DNA of 64,000 nt, taken from assembly GCF_006345805.1 (NCBI RefSeq), contig NC_042997.1, positions 49,352,001-49,416,000 on the forward strand, in the 5' to 3' direction. Shown in pieces: positions 26,563 through 39,480 of the stretch. The position numbers were made by a program, and so were the translations under genes. The notes under the pieces were generated by a model that saw nothing but the letters and a program-made list of their open reading frames with translations, did no database searches and was not told the DNA's origin. The DNA comes from Octopus sinensis (Eukaryota). Numbering within the stretch: position 1 is the first letter of the stretch; each line of letters opens with the position of its first letter.

Positions 26563-27454
26563 TTTAGGGGACGTAAGTAAAAAGTAAAACAAGATTATTT
26601 CGTGTTTTACTTTTTCATCATTTCCTTCTGACTTTATCATTTATCTTCCGGTTCTACTTTTTTTCCCGACGTCCGTTGATATTCCCAGATGTCAAATAAC
26701 TTTCCTAGAGAAACAATGTTTTTTACAGTCTAGTCGAACGAAAATGAATCTATGGTGAGGGATAAAAAAATAACAAACAAATAGGAAATAGAAAAATACC
26801 GTACAAAGTGTGTACATTTTTCGTGTCTGTTCGCCACTCACTAATCTAGATAACAGACATTGTTAACAGTTCTAACTAATGAACATTCAAAGAGGATTTC
26901 AACAGCTTATAATATTTTTTGCTTACCCAGTGAAGAAGATATTGATACCGGAAGTGAATGAGTAGTACCTACTTGTAATGATTTGTGTAGTTTGTAAAAT
27001 ATTCTTAGCTGGTTACCAACGAAAAGGTTTCTAAAGACCTGATATTATTTTTGAGTAAGATAATTTATTTCTTTATACATATTAAAAAGTTTATAATGCG
27101 TGATGTTAAATGTCGAGTAAGCTAATTATAATCAGTGTTATAAAATACCAATGTATTTCCTTAAGAAATGCTCCATTAAACTTAACTGTAGTTGAGCTAT
27201 CACTGCACAACCAATGAAAGCTGAAGGCAAATTGAAGAGTGGCGTATTCTTTCATGTTTAAACGAATGAAAGATATCATTTGTTTTATAATCGGGTATGA
27301 ATGGCAATCAAAAGTATAAAACTGACCTGTTTTAATTAGAAACAAAACTAATTTTTTTATTAGTCTGTTTAAGCTGGATTGTCTTTTATAAGATTAAATT
27401 TTACCGACTTGCCTTAAGCAGTTTACTATTCTGACATAGGATCTCTTATCTTGC

Positions 27455-27850
27455 ACTTGTTACAGTCATTGGAGTGTAGCATGCTGGGTGATGGACTGAC
27501 TTTGTAGGGCTTAATAAAACAATTCGACTCCCGTACTTATGTTTTATGTCCGGTACTTATTGTATTGATCTCCTTTGCCGAACTAGCAAGCTATGTTATA
27601 GGGATGTAAACAAACCAAGACAAGCTGTCAAGTGATTTTGAAGCGACAAACACGAACACATGCACATATATTTACCTACATACATACGACGGAGCTTCCA
27701 CACAGTGTCTATCTACCAAATTCACTCAGAAGACGTTGGTCACCCCATGCTACAGTTGAAACCACTTACCCAATATGACATGGAGTGGGGATGAACCCAA
27801 GAGAACGTGGTTGCAAAGAGAGCTTCTTAGTTACACAGCCACGTCTGCAC
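27455..27850 (-). mobile_element. Old diverged SINE family B
   Basis: Diverged tail cttgttacagtcatt..agcatgctgg, tctatctaccaaattcactca and head ttacacagccacgtctgcaccc. Confidence 0.65.
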
Positions 27851-30189
27851 CCAGAATCTTGAGTTATTTGAACTTATAATTAAATAAATAAGAATTTTAT
27901 TTCGTCAGGTTGTTGGGGCAAGTTTAACAAATATCCCTTTTGTAAATATCTATGTAGCAAAACTATGGACACGGATCCAATAAGAAATTTATCATTATAG
28001 ATCAGGTGCCGTTTCACAGACTACAGAGATTACAATACCATATTTCGTCAGAAGAATTTGTGAAATTTCTAAATCTCAGTATATTTCGCTCAGACCATCC
28101 ATTGCTAAGTGGATATTGATACAATAAAACAATTACGTACTTAGAGGCTACAGTGATGCTGATGGTAGGGATTGAACCTAGATTTTGTCATGAATCACGG
28201 CCCCAGTATGAATGCAAGTCTCTCAGCATTTAAATATCTCGCTCAGACAGAAGGGTCTGAAGATCTGTGATCGAAGATATTTAAGATGGTAGAATATAAT
28301 CTGAGGGAGATTTGAGAGTTACTTCTAAAAGGTCAAGAGACTATGAAAAGGCTTCCTGATAGCATCTTTATCTTTCTTTAAGTTTTATCACACAATATAA
28401 AAATAACAAATCTAGTTTCTCGTATAAAATAAAACCTCTACAAGAGTTGCTCAATGTTATATTTGATATAAATGAGGACAAAGGGAGTCAGCCTCACTTC
28501 TAATCATATTCATGGAAGAGTTGAAGGCAGCGATGCAGACCAACCTAACCTCATCACTTTTTTAGCAATAAACTGTCATCTTATAAATATATGATAAATC
28601 TCACGAGTTAAAAGGGCGCTTCTTTGTTGTTGGTCAAGTAACAAATAATATTTCACCGTCTTAATAATGACCTTAAATGTTATACAAAAAGTACATATAA
28701 CACAACATAGTTTTAGTTGCACTATATCTGGAGGGGAAAAAGAAAAAGAATCTGGAGTGGTAATGATCTTCATTCGGTTAGATCAGAATTAACCAGGGGC
28801 TAAACAACACCAACAAACAGCTTGTTGCTACAAGGTGAACAGTAAAACTGACACACACGCTGCGTGCATATGTGTGTGTGTGTGTGTTGCACTTTTAGCT
28901 CGTTCACTAAATTATAAATAAATTAGATTTGATGTCAGATTATTATTTAAGATGACAACACGGTTTTGCAATTTTAATTAAAGGGAAAACAAAAACAAAA
29001 ACAACAAAAAAAAATGTAGAAATGCCAGCTCTAAATAAATATAACTTATCTTGTGGAATAAGAAATTTAGGGAACGGAAATTGGCTCGGTGTGTTTTAGA
29101 CCACAGCTGTTAATAGACTTACCAATGACTCTTAGATATGAAGCATTCTTGATTGCCACTACACAACCAATCAGCCTGGAAGTCCTCAGCTTCACAGCTA
29201 CTAAATGAAACAACAACAACAACAACAACAACATACTTGTAGTATATATATATATATTATATATATATATATATATTATATATATATATATATAAAACAA
29301 AACTACTCTAAATGGTAATCTGGGTGTTGATAATTAAAATGTTTAGTGACCTTAGTTACTGCTTAGAGAATTTTATAACTCCTACGACCTCGCTACATAC
29401 ATGCATGCACGTGCGCGCACGCACACACACACAAACACATATATGCGTGTATATATATATATATATATGTATGTTTGTGTTACTTTTATTACTATAAGAG
29501 GCCAGGAAATGAACAAGGTATTTACTCTTGCTTTTCAATTCAGTTCCATTTCTATTTCATGAAGTAAATGATTATCATACCTTTGAGGTCATTAAATTTT
29601 TGATACAGCTCTTAAGAATAGATCACTCTCAATTTCTTATACATTACGATGTGTTCTTATCTGGCACGCTTTTCTAAACAAACCTATACATACATACATA
29701 CATACATACATACATACATACATACATACATACATACATACATACATACATACATACATACATGCATACATACATATATACACACATACATATATGTCTA
29801 TTATGAATATTATATATATATATATATAAACGAGCAAAAAGCTCCCCGTCCAATGGACGGTGCTGAATTGTCAAACATGTAAACCAAATTTTCTCAAAAC
29901 AACTTTTCCGACTGTCTCATATGCCTCCCCTTTGAGAAACACTGATTTAACCTAAATTTGAGACACCAGCGAAAGAAGAAATAAAGATAGACATTTTTCT
30001 ATTCCAAAGAAAAACGATTTTATTCACACAAATATGCAACCGAAGAATTTAAAGTACCAGTAATGATAAGGCTGCTGACCGGGAGAACACAAACATGGTT
30101 TAAACAGTAAGCTTGGCAGGCAAGAAACATGCCTTTAAGCAGTACAAAAACACCATAAAATGGAAGGTGCAGTTATGTACAGGTTGGCG

Positions 30190-30390
30190 GAAGAAAAGCA
30201 GGACAAAAACGGCTTTATCGATCGCATTCTCAGCTGGAATCGATTTTTGTAATTTTTTCATGACTTATACACGCCCTGATACCGTCGGTATCTACATATC
30301 AAATTTGAGCGCAATCGGATGGAGGATGCCCGAGATCCTAGAAGACACACACATACACACGCAGACAGACAGAACCCAACTTTTAAATTC
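30190..30390 (+). mobile_element. Possible non-autonomous Helentron/DINE-like 3' end
   Basis: atcaaatttgagcgcaatcggatg...gagatc...acagacagaca...tttt resembles DINE/HINE cores with a (GACA) microsatellite. Confidence 0.35.
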
Positions 30391-30748
30391 TCTTTGAAAT
30401 AATGCGAGTGTGAATTGCGTTTTTTGTTCTCTTCTTCGCAACCGCTTTCACCTGGTTTATGTCATCAAATCATAGTCCTCGAAGTCTGTGATCTTCATGG
30501 AGCCGAAAAGTCGGAAGACGCCAATTTCGGAAAGTACGGTGAATGATCAACCCAATTTACCGATTGCTTGATTTGTTATGGCGATTGACACCCATGACAC
30601 ACTCGAAAACTATCACCATGACTTTCTGTGCTAATCGCTGTCTCTTGAAATTTTAGGCTTTGGGCAAGTGTCTTCTACTATCGCCTCGGGCCGACCAAAG
30701 CCTTATGAGTGCATTTGGTAGACGGAAACTGAAAGAAGCCGTCGTATG

Positions 30749-30824
<76 letters not shown>

Positions 30825-30947
30825 AAAATAGTAAAAAGGGAAAAAACTACAGAAGGCTTGTTTTAAAAGGTAAAAAAATATATATTTGAGTCAATATGTC
30901 TGAAGAATGTTATAATTTTTTTTCATACAATGACATAGTTTTTGAAG

Positions 30948-30986
30948 AGAAATGACCGGTTTCGCGTTCAGCTTTTCAAATTTCTT
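30948..30986 (-). ncRNA. Mirror copy of the minimal hammerhead motif
   Basis: Reverse complement of 30996-31034. Confidence 0.7.
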
Positions 30987-30995
30987 AAACGATTT

Positions 30996-31035
30996 AAGAA
31001 ATTTGAAAAGCTGAACGCGAAACCGGTCATTTCTT
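30996..31035 (+). ncRNA. Minimal type I hammerhead ribozyme motif, U3-A8 core variant
   Basis: aagaaat|TTGAAAA|gc-tgaac-gc|GAAAC-cg-GTC|atttctt: perfect 7-bp stem I, 2-bp stem II, palindromic stem III, GUC site. Confidence 0.7.
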
Positions 31036-31215
31036 CTAAATTATGTCATGTAATTGTAAGAAGAAAATTGATAACATTCTTCAGACATATTGACTCAATA
31101 TATATTTTTTAACCTTTTAAAACAAGCCTTCTGTAGTTTTTTCACTTTTTACTATTTTCTATATATTCAACCACGTGCTTTCACAAACCAACTTTCTCAT
31201 CTATATATATATATA

Positions 31216-31306
<91 letters not shown>

Positions 31307-31313
<7 letters not shown>

Positions 31314-31422
31314 GGAGCTTCTACAGGACTAGAACTGTTTCATTCAAAAGAAATCATCAGGAAGCTTCCTGATGATTTTTTTGAATTGAAACAGTTCTAG
31401 TCCTGTAGAAGCTCCTTCTATA
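31307..31422. mobile_element. ~115 bp palindromic fold-back with hammerhead core on both strands
   Basis: Centre ggaagcttcc. Minus strand reads CTGATGA-tttc-tttt-gaat-GAAAC-a-GTT-ctagtcc, with the stem I 5' arm missing. A family fragment recurs at 31515-31612. Confidence 0.65.
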
Positions 31423-31610
31423 TATATAGTTTAATTAGTTTTGTTTCTAATTAAAACAGGTCAGTTTTATACTTTTGATTGCCATTCATACCCGATTATA
31501 TATATATATATATATGTAGGTCCCGGGTTGAGTCGGGGTTAACCACAGTAAATAAGGTACTCAATACATAGCAGAGTAAATTAATTTATTTTATAGAAGG
31601 AGCTTCTACA

Positions 31611-32070
31611 GGCGGCGAGCTGGCGGAAACGTTAGCACGCTGGGCGAAATGCGTAGCTGTATTTCGTCTGTCGTCACGTTCCGAGTTCAAATTCCGCCGA
31701 GGTCGACTTTGCCTTTCATCCTTTCGGGGTCGATTAAATAAGTACCAGTTACACACTGGGGTCGATATAATCGACTTAATCCGTTTGTCTGTCCTTGTTT
31801 GTCCCGTCTGTGTTTAGCCCCTTGTGGGTAGTAAAGAAATATAATATATATATATATATGTATGTGTGTCTGTGTTTGTCTCCCCAGCATCGCTTGACAA
31901 CCGATGCTGGTGTATTTACGTCCCCATAACTTGGCGGTTCGGCAAAAGAGTCCGATAGAATAAGTACTAGGCTTAGAAAGAATAAGTCCTGGGGTCGATT
32001 TGCTGGACTAAAGGCGGTGCTCCAGCATGGCCGCAATCAAATGACTGAAACAAGTTAAAAGAGTGAAGGA
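31611..32070 (+). mobile_element. SINE A monomer joined via (TA)n to a SINE B 3' half
   Basis: Family A at 31611-31841, then TA/TG, then family B 3' half at 31865-32070. Confidence 0.85.
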
Positions 32071-32331
32071 GTATATATATATATATATGCACACACATAC
32101 ACACATATATAATATTTATATTATTATTTGATTGGACACCACGCATTCATTTCCAAGTATGCATGTATGCATGTATATATGTATGTATGTATATAAGTAT
32201 GTATGTATGTATGTATGTATGTATGTATTTATGTATGTATGTATATATGTATGTATGTATATAAGTATGTATGTATGTATGTATGTATGTATGTATGTAT
32301 GTATGTATGTAGGTATGTATGTATGTATGTA

Positions 32332-32364
<33 letters not shown>

Positions 32365-32462
32365 GTGTGTGTTTGGGTGTGCGCGTGTGTGTGCTTGTGT
32401 GTGTTTGTATTTGTGTGTTTGAATGTAGTATGTACATATGTAGCAAGTACATACATACGTAC

Positions 32463-32513
<51 letters not shown>

Positions 32514-32736
32514 CACACCTAATGAATCTGAGATCTATTCGACCTTTACTGGGCATGTTATATGGAATTTCGGCTCATGAAGCAAAATAATAAATAAACA
32601 AGTAAAACACAGACCAAGATTTAAGTTTCTCTAACTATGCAAGGAATGTGTGGGCTGAAGCGTTGTACATTCTTGAATTGGGACGCTTTTTCTATGAGAC
32701 TGGTACTCTACATACATTCATATATATATCAGTATA

Positions 32737-32890
<154 letters not shown>

Positions 32891-33234
32891 TAGATATATA
32901 TATAGATAGATATTTATAAACACACACACACACACACACACGCACGCACACGTATAGATATATATGTGTGTTCATATGAATATAAATTTCTTTTTATATA
33001 TATATGTAAGTGTGTGGGGCGCTTGGGATAGAGTGGTGTCTGCGAGAATAGTTATACATCCTTGCGTATTTATATGCATGCTTAAATATCATGCATTCGC
33101 GCTCACTTTACATAAACATATATACAATAACCCATTACATTTCTTTACATATGTATATACATGCATTAAAATATTGATTGTAATTGTGTCGTGTTTCCAG
33201 AAAATTTAAATTGGAGTTAATAAATCTTTCTCGT

Positions 33235-34597
33235 TTTGGTACAAGGCCAGCATTTTAAATGGAGCGATAAGTCACTACATCGACCTCAGTACTTGACTGG
33301 TACTTATTTCCTCGAATCTAAAATGGGACGAAAGACGAATTTGATCTCGGCGGGATTTGATCTTATAACGTAGAGCCTAAAGAAATGCCGCAGAGTATTT
33401 AATCCGTTGTACTAATGATTTTGCTCGTCGCCTTTTTTAGAGTTAATGAATTCTCATTTTAGTAGAAGGCCATAATTCTACTAATACTTATTTTATCTAT
33501 TGAAAGGATGAAAAGTAAAGTCAACCTCAGCAGAATTTGAACTCAGAACGTTAAGACAGACGAAATGCCACTAAGCATCTTGAGCGGTGTGCTAAAGATT
33601 CTTCAAAATCGTCTTGGGAGTTATTAGATAATGGTTTCAAAGGTCAGTTATTTCGATTACCTCAACCCCAGTGATCAACTAGTATTTATTTTATCGACCC
33701 CCACCCCGAGGAAAGGAAAAGCAAAGTTGACCCCTGTGATCAACTGGTACTTATTTAATCGACCCAAGGAGAATGAAAAGCAAAGTCGACTTCGGTGGAA
33801 TAGGAACTCAGAACGTATAGACGGACGAAATACCGCTAAGCACATTGTGCAGGCGGCGTGCTAACGATTCTGCCAGATCACTTTGGAAGTCAATAAATAA
33901 TTATTTCAAATTTTTGCCACATGGGCAGCTTAGAGGACATGGGGATGAGTCGATTACATCAACCCCAGTGGTCAACTGGTATTTATTTTATCGATTCCGA
34001 AATGATGAAAGGCAAAGTCGGCCTCGGCGAAATTTGTTCTCAGAACGTAGCGACGGGCGAAATACCTGTTTCTTTAGTACCCACAATGGCCAAACACAGA
34101 GAGGACAAACAAGGACAGACAAACGGATTAAGTCGATTATATCGACCCCAGTGCGTAACTGGTACTTATTTAATCGACCCCGAAAGGATGAAAGGCAAAG
34201 TCGACCTCGGCGGAATTTGAACTCAGAACGTCGCGACGGGCGAAATACCGCTAAGCATTTCGTCCAGCGTGCTAACGATTCTACCAGCTTGCCGCCTCTT
34301 GTAAGTTAATTATAATGAAATCCATACACCGAAGGAAAAACAAACGCGCATGCATATATACATGGACATACATTTTTCTTTTCGTGAACCCTAGAACCCT
34401 TAAAGGCCAGCAATTTTGAAGGGAGGAGACAAATGAGTAACATCGTCCTTAGTACTTGACTAGTACTTAATTTTATCGAGCCTGAAGGGATGAAAAGCAA
34501 AGCTGACCTCGACGGAATTTGAACTTAAAGCAGAAAGTGAAAGGCAGAAAAAATGCCGTTAAGTGTTTTGTAAGACTGTAACGATTCTGCTAGCTCG
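33235..34597 (-). mobile_element. Cluster of SINE family A copies (includes a dimer at ~33915-34296)
   Basis: At least six diverged cores (gaaaggcaaagtcgacctcggcggaatttgaactcagaacg), all in the same orientation. Confidence 0.85.
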
Positions 34598-34612
34598 CTG
34601 TTTAGTATATCG

Positions 34613-34686
<74 letters not shown>

Positions 34687-36444
34687 ATGTGTGTGTGTGT
34701 GTGTGCGCGGGTGGTAATGGTGTTGTGATGGTAAAGAACTGTTGTATATATATATTTGTCTTTTGCATTAGTTAATGTGGTGACTAAAACATATGTTGCT
34801 TCCGAGCAGTGTTTATCACCACCAATATCATTTTCCAACATTTACCAACTCCGGAATTACTATTCTTGTCGTTCTCCCCACCGTTGTTGTCCCCACTCCT
34901 CCTCCTCCTTCACCTGCTCCACGGCGTCGATTTCATCGTCGTCGTCGTCGTCGACTTCAGTGACTTCAGCGAAACTTGAATTCAGAAAGCAAAGACGGGA
35001 CCTAACTAAATAATCAAAGTATTTTGTTTGTTTAGCACTCGACTGATTTTACCAGCCTTTATAATATATAAAATACTGATGTATTATCATCAAGGTATTA
35101 GCTTTCCAACTAGTATAATGTGGTTGAAAAGAGTAGTCTGGAATGAAAAAAATAGCAGCTTAAAAAATAAATCAATAGATAAGTCTTTGTTCTATAAGTA
35201 CAAGACCTAAAATTTTGGGAGAAGGAGCTAGTCGATGAAATCGACCCCCGTGCTCAACTGGTGCTTATGTTATCGACCTCAAAAGGCAAAGTCGACCTCG
35301 ACGGAATTTCAGCTCAGATCCTAAAGATGGATCTGCTGCTACTACAACGGCCCCTGCCCTTTTGAACTACCTGTCTATTTCGCAAAGTAAATGATTATCA
35401 TATCTCTGAAGTCATGAAATATTTGGTAAAGCTCTTAAGAAGAGATCCGTCTCAGTTTTGTACAAACCATGATGTGTCTTCATCTGGCACGTGTTTCTGC
35501 TTTGTTTCGCTTTGCCAATTTTCATTTTGGAGGTCCCTGATGTGAACTTCCTTGTCTTCATTCCTTCTGGTGCTACAACAACGGCCACTGCTCTTTTGAA
35601 CTACCTATCTGCATGTACTCTTCACCGAGGACTATCCGACCCACCTGCTTTTTTTCTTTGTTTTTTCAACAGCCAATTACACTGACTCATTTCCGACTAA
35701 TCCTTCATGTCCAGAACCGTGACTGTCAAAATCTCCCCTAATCCACCCGCTTATACTTTTCATGCAAAGATTCAACTACAAATGTTTAAGATGAACCAGC
35801 TGCTTCCGTTCTAATAGTATCAGAGAGATTTACGAAGTTGTGAACACAGCCTCGCTTCCTTTGATATAATCAAAGGATAGAGAGAAAACAAAATACATTC
35901 CTATTCCAAACATTTGGAATGGAGCTGTGGTCACTCCCAACATTTCCTGGGAAATTGTGGTCACTCATTTATTTCATAGATAATCCCAAATCAAAGTTTT
36001 CGATTCATTACATTACATACGTGAGACTCTACTCTTCTTGAATATGGTAGGCAGAAAGTTCCTTGAAGAATTTTCTTCTTCAGCTCTTCCATTATGAGGC
36101 GAGTGGGCAAAAGACCCCCCCCCCAAAAAAAAAACACGACATAAATGCAGCCAATCTGTGACAAACAGACGTAAACACACACATATATGTCACCTTACCC
36201 TAATTAAATTTATTCTAAATAACTTGAGATACACATCCTGAGTTGGATTTATTGTCCCTTTACCTCTAATATAATATATAAGCCTTATACAGATCCCTAG
36301 CCTCAGCTGTGAACTTGGAACCTAACGGATGACCAGTTATAGCACTTACTCAGCGTACCTATTCGTTTAGATCACCAGTGAACTGAACCCCTCATATTAC
36401 ATACATACATACATATATACATACATACATACATATATACATAC

Positions 36445-36503
<59 letters not shown>

Positions 36504-36872
36504 ATATGTACGTGATCAAGCGTCATCGTATAACTAATATTCAACCGCACTCCCCAAAATATACACCCGAATGTGATACATATATATCTTCTATACCCAT
36601 GTGTGTGTTACGACCTATGCCGCAGAAAAAACTGCTGTCTCGATCATGGAGTAAATTATAATTTTAATAATAATATAGGTTAAAATTAATTAATTAATTA
36701 ATTAATAATTATCACATACGTACACACACATGCACACGCAAACACACACACACACATACACACACACATGCACATACACACACAAATATAGGCTGTAGTT
36801 GCACCAACATCAAAGCCACCAGCTGCCTATGTTACCAACTTCCCATTTTCTTCCCCCATATCCTCCCCCTTC

Positions 36873-36903
<31 letters not shown>

Positions 36904-38396
36904 TAATTAATTGTTTTTTTTATTAATGAAAATGCATTTTGTAGCGTGTGAAGGTGTGTGGCCTAGCGGTTAGGGTTGTTGAGTTCAAAGTTTTAAGTTC
37001 GCTGTTTCGAATTTCTGATTGGGCGGTGCATTTGTTTTCTTCAGTAAAACACTTCATTTCACGTTACATCAGTCCAGTCAATTAGAAATGAATACCAGCA
37101 GCAGCAGCAGCAGCTGGCTTTTAACCCTAGAACGTCCTGACAACGGGTTACGCGCGCGCGCGCGTGTGTGTGTGTGAGCCATGGAAACAGGAGCTTGATG
37201 TGTAAGTGACCTAAAAATACATTACACTTGATCCCCTGAAATAATTGTCAGCTGTTGTTTTAGCTCTAGGTAATTTCTGATCGTGTAAATCTTTGATCAA
37301 ACGCATTCCAAACATGACCCTTTCGGGGTTTTTTTTTCAAGCATGATGAATCTAGGATTACATTACTTAATTTCTTCTCTTTTTTTTTCTCAAAACAATG
37401 AGGTGAGTTTTGAGTGCAATTTGGCTGCTATATTTAAAAGGTCGCGATACTTCATTGAAGCTGTGTCGTTGACATAAATGCTTCATTGTTGACATAAATA
37501 AGTATTGATAAAGATGTAGATCCAATAGATTGGAACTAATCTTATAAAACTATCCCAAGCGTCTCATTAAAGAATATTTGATCTCAGGACGTAACGAACT
37601 GGAGCAAACATGTGACTTTCTGTCCGACACTCTATCCTTTAATAACTGTTTCTGATTTAGGCACAAGGCAGACGATTTCGAGGGGAGAGTATTGGTCGAT
37701 TATATTGATCTCCAGTAGATAAGTGGTACTGGATTTGATCTACTCTGGTGAGATGAAAAGCGAAGTTGATCTGGACGGGGTCTGAAGTCAGAACAAATAC
37801 CACAAGGCATTTTGTCCGACGCTCAAAAGTTTCTGATAATAATTATTTGTCTTGTTTTGCCATCAATGTTCATTGTTGCATACAACGACGAGAGGGGGGG
37901 GGGCTACAAAGACTTGTAGAGATGTATTTACGTAATATTATTAAAATTGTTACAGAAATATAGCGAAAAATGTTACACAGTATATTGAAATATGTAAAAC
38001 ATTTTCATAAAATGCATAAATAAATGAATATATAAATGTATCGATTTATTTAAAATAAATACAAGTAAAACAATAAAAGCAAATGAGGTCAATTTATCCA
38101 AATACGAGTGAGAAGCCGCTAAGTTGGATCTGAGCACACCACGACTCCAATCGCCTTCACCCGTGATACTGTAAGCTAAATCAACCCGTGAATATCATCT
38201 TCCGTATTGGAAAGAATAAAAGGTATCCCACTTCCTCTGGGCATAATTTCAGGTGATGATAGATTATCGTTGTGTGTTTTACCAATAATTCCCCAATCCG
38301 TCTGTGTTGTGAAGTTTGGTTTTATTTTATATATCTTTATCGTCTTTCTTCATGCACCCGGTCAGTTCTATCACAAAACCCCGTCAATTCTATCAC

Positions 38397-38459
38397 AAAT
38401 TATTTCACGGCTGTACGAAGTACCAAAAGTTAGTACTTCGTACAGCCGTGAAATCATTT
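38397..38459. repeat. Perfect 22-bp stem hairpin
   Basis: atttcacggctgtacgaagtac (38402-38423), 9-nt loop, gtacttcgtacagccgtgaaat (38433-38454). Confidence 0.9.
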
Positions 38460-39119
38460 CTTCCTGTGTGGGACAGGGGTTCTCTTCTTCGTTTGTGATA
38501 CACGCCTTTGCTTTGGATTGAAATTTGTTTGTTTGTTTGTTTGTTTCTTTTTCTTTTTAGTGACTTTTCGTTCAATTTGCCTTTCAAGGTAATTTTCTCC
38601 TCCTGTCTAACTTCCATTTGCTCCCCATCGCCGAGAACTGGTATTAGTCTTCGGTTCCTGCTATGTAGACGACGCGAATTTTTCAGCTATCCTCAGAACT
38701 GCAACTGACAACACTCTAGAAACGGTAGTTCCTGGGGTCTGCTGCTGCTGTTTCTATCTCTTCTGTTTCTCCCTGTTATTCTTCTTCTTTCTCTGCATTT
38801 CCCGTTTCTCTAAACATCAAAGCCTCAAGTATAACACAGAAAACAACTGGGCTTTATGTCCTCAACTACCAGCTTCTTCGCTTTTCTCTTTACCCCTACT
38901 ATAGGCTTCCAGGAGCTCATCAGGATTAACACGTCCATGTATGCCCTATACGGTCATGTCACCTCCGCTCTAACTGATGCCCCATACTGTTCAGAAAAGT
39001 TTAGGGAGACTCAAAAGTCAATGCCAAAATAAAACATGGGACCCCAACCGTGACCCCCCCCCTTTTTTTTTACTTGCTGAGTCTGTAGGAAAGAGAAGAG
39101 ACTATGGTCTTTGCAGGCT

Positions 39120-39480
39120 CTTTGAGATGCCGTTTATGTTATATTTAAACTGTTTTAGGTAAACGGTTGCAGGATAAAGCACGAGAAAAGAGAAGCTTCC
39201 AGAGGAACGATGTTCTGGAGATGAAAAGCATATTCAATAGTGCCAGAAAAGGAAGATTGTTGCAATACGGGTCACGAGAGATGAAGATACGAATGGTTTT
39301 GAGTTGCCTGAGTGGTGAAGGTACAGGGCCAGCCAGCTCTGAAGAGCAGATACTATTATAGAAGCGATAGAAAAGACAGACGTAAAAGATGATAGCATGC
39401 TCGTGGGTCAGAGACTAAAGCGTGTCCGTAGGTCATTGGAATATCAATCAGTCAAGTGGCCCTTCCCTGGATTTAGTCCT
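39120..39480 (-). mobile_element. Old LINE 3' fragment (CR1/Zenon-like)
   Basis: Decayed minus-strand translation LFYRFYNSICSSELAGPVP...FISRTSFLWKLL...LKQFKYNIN. Confidence 0.5.

Larger units (their letters stand above)
30820..31165. mobile_element. ~350 bp fold-back element between (TA)n tracts
   Basis: Inverted arms centred at ~30991 (e.g. aactacagaaggcttgttttaaaagg / ccttttaaaacaagccttctgtagtt). Confidence 0.85.

Noticed and set aside
33235-34597. Repeated cores as a CRISPR-like array
   Set aside because: These are diverged SINE copies at irregular spacing in eukaryotic DNA, with no unique spacers or cas genes.
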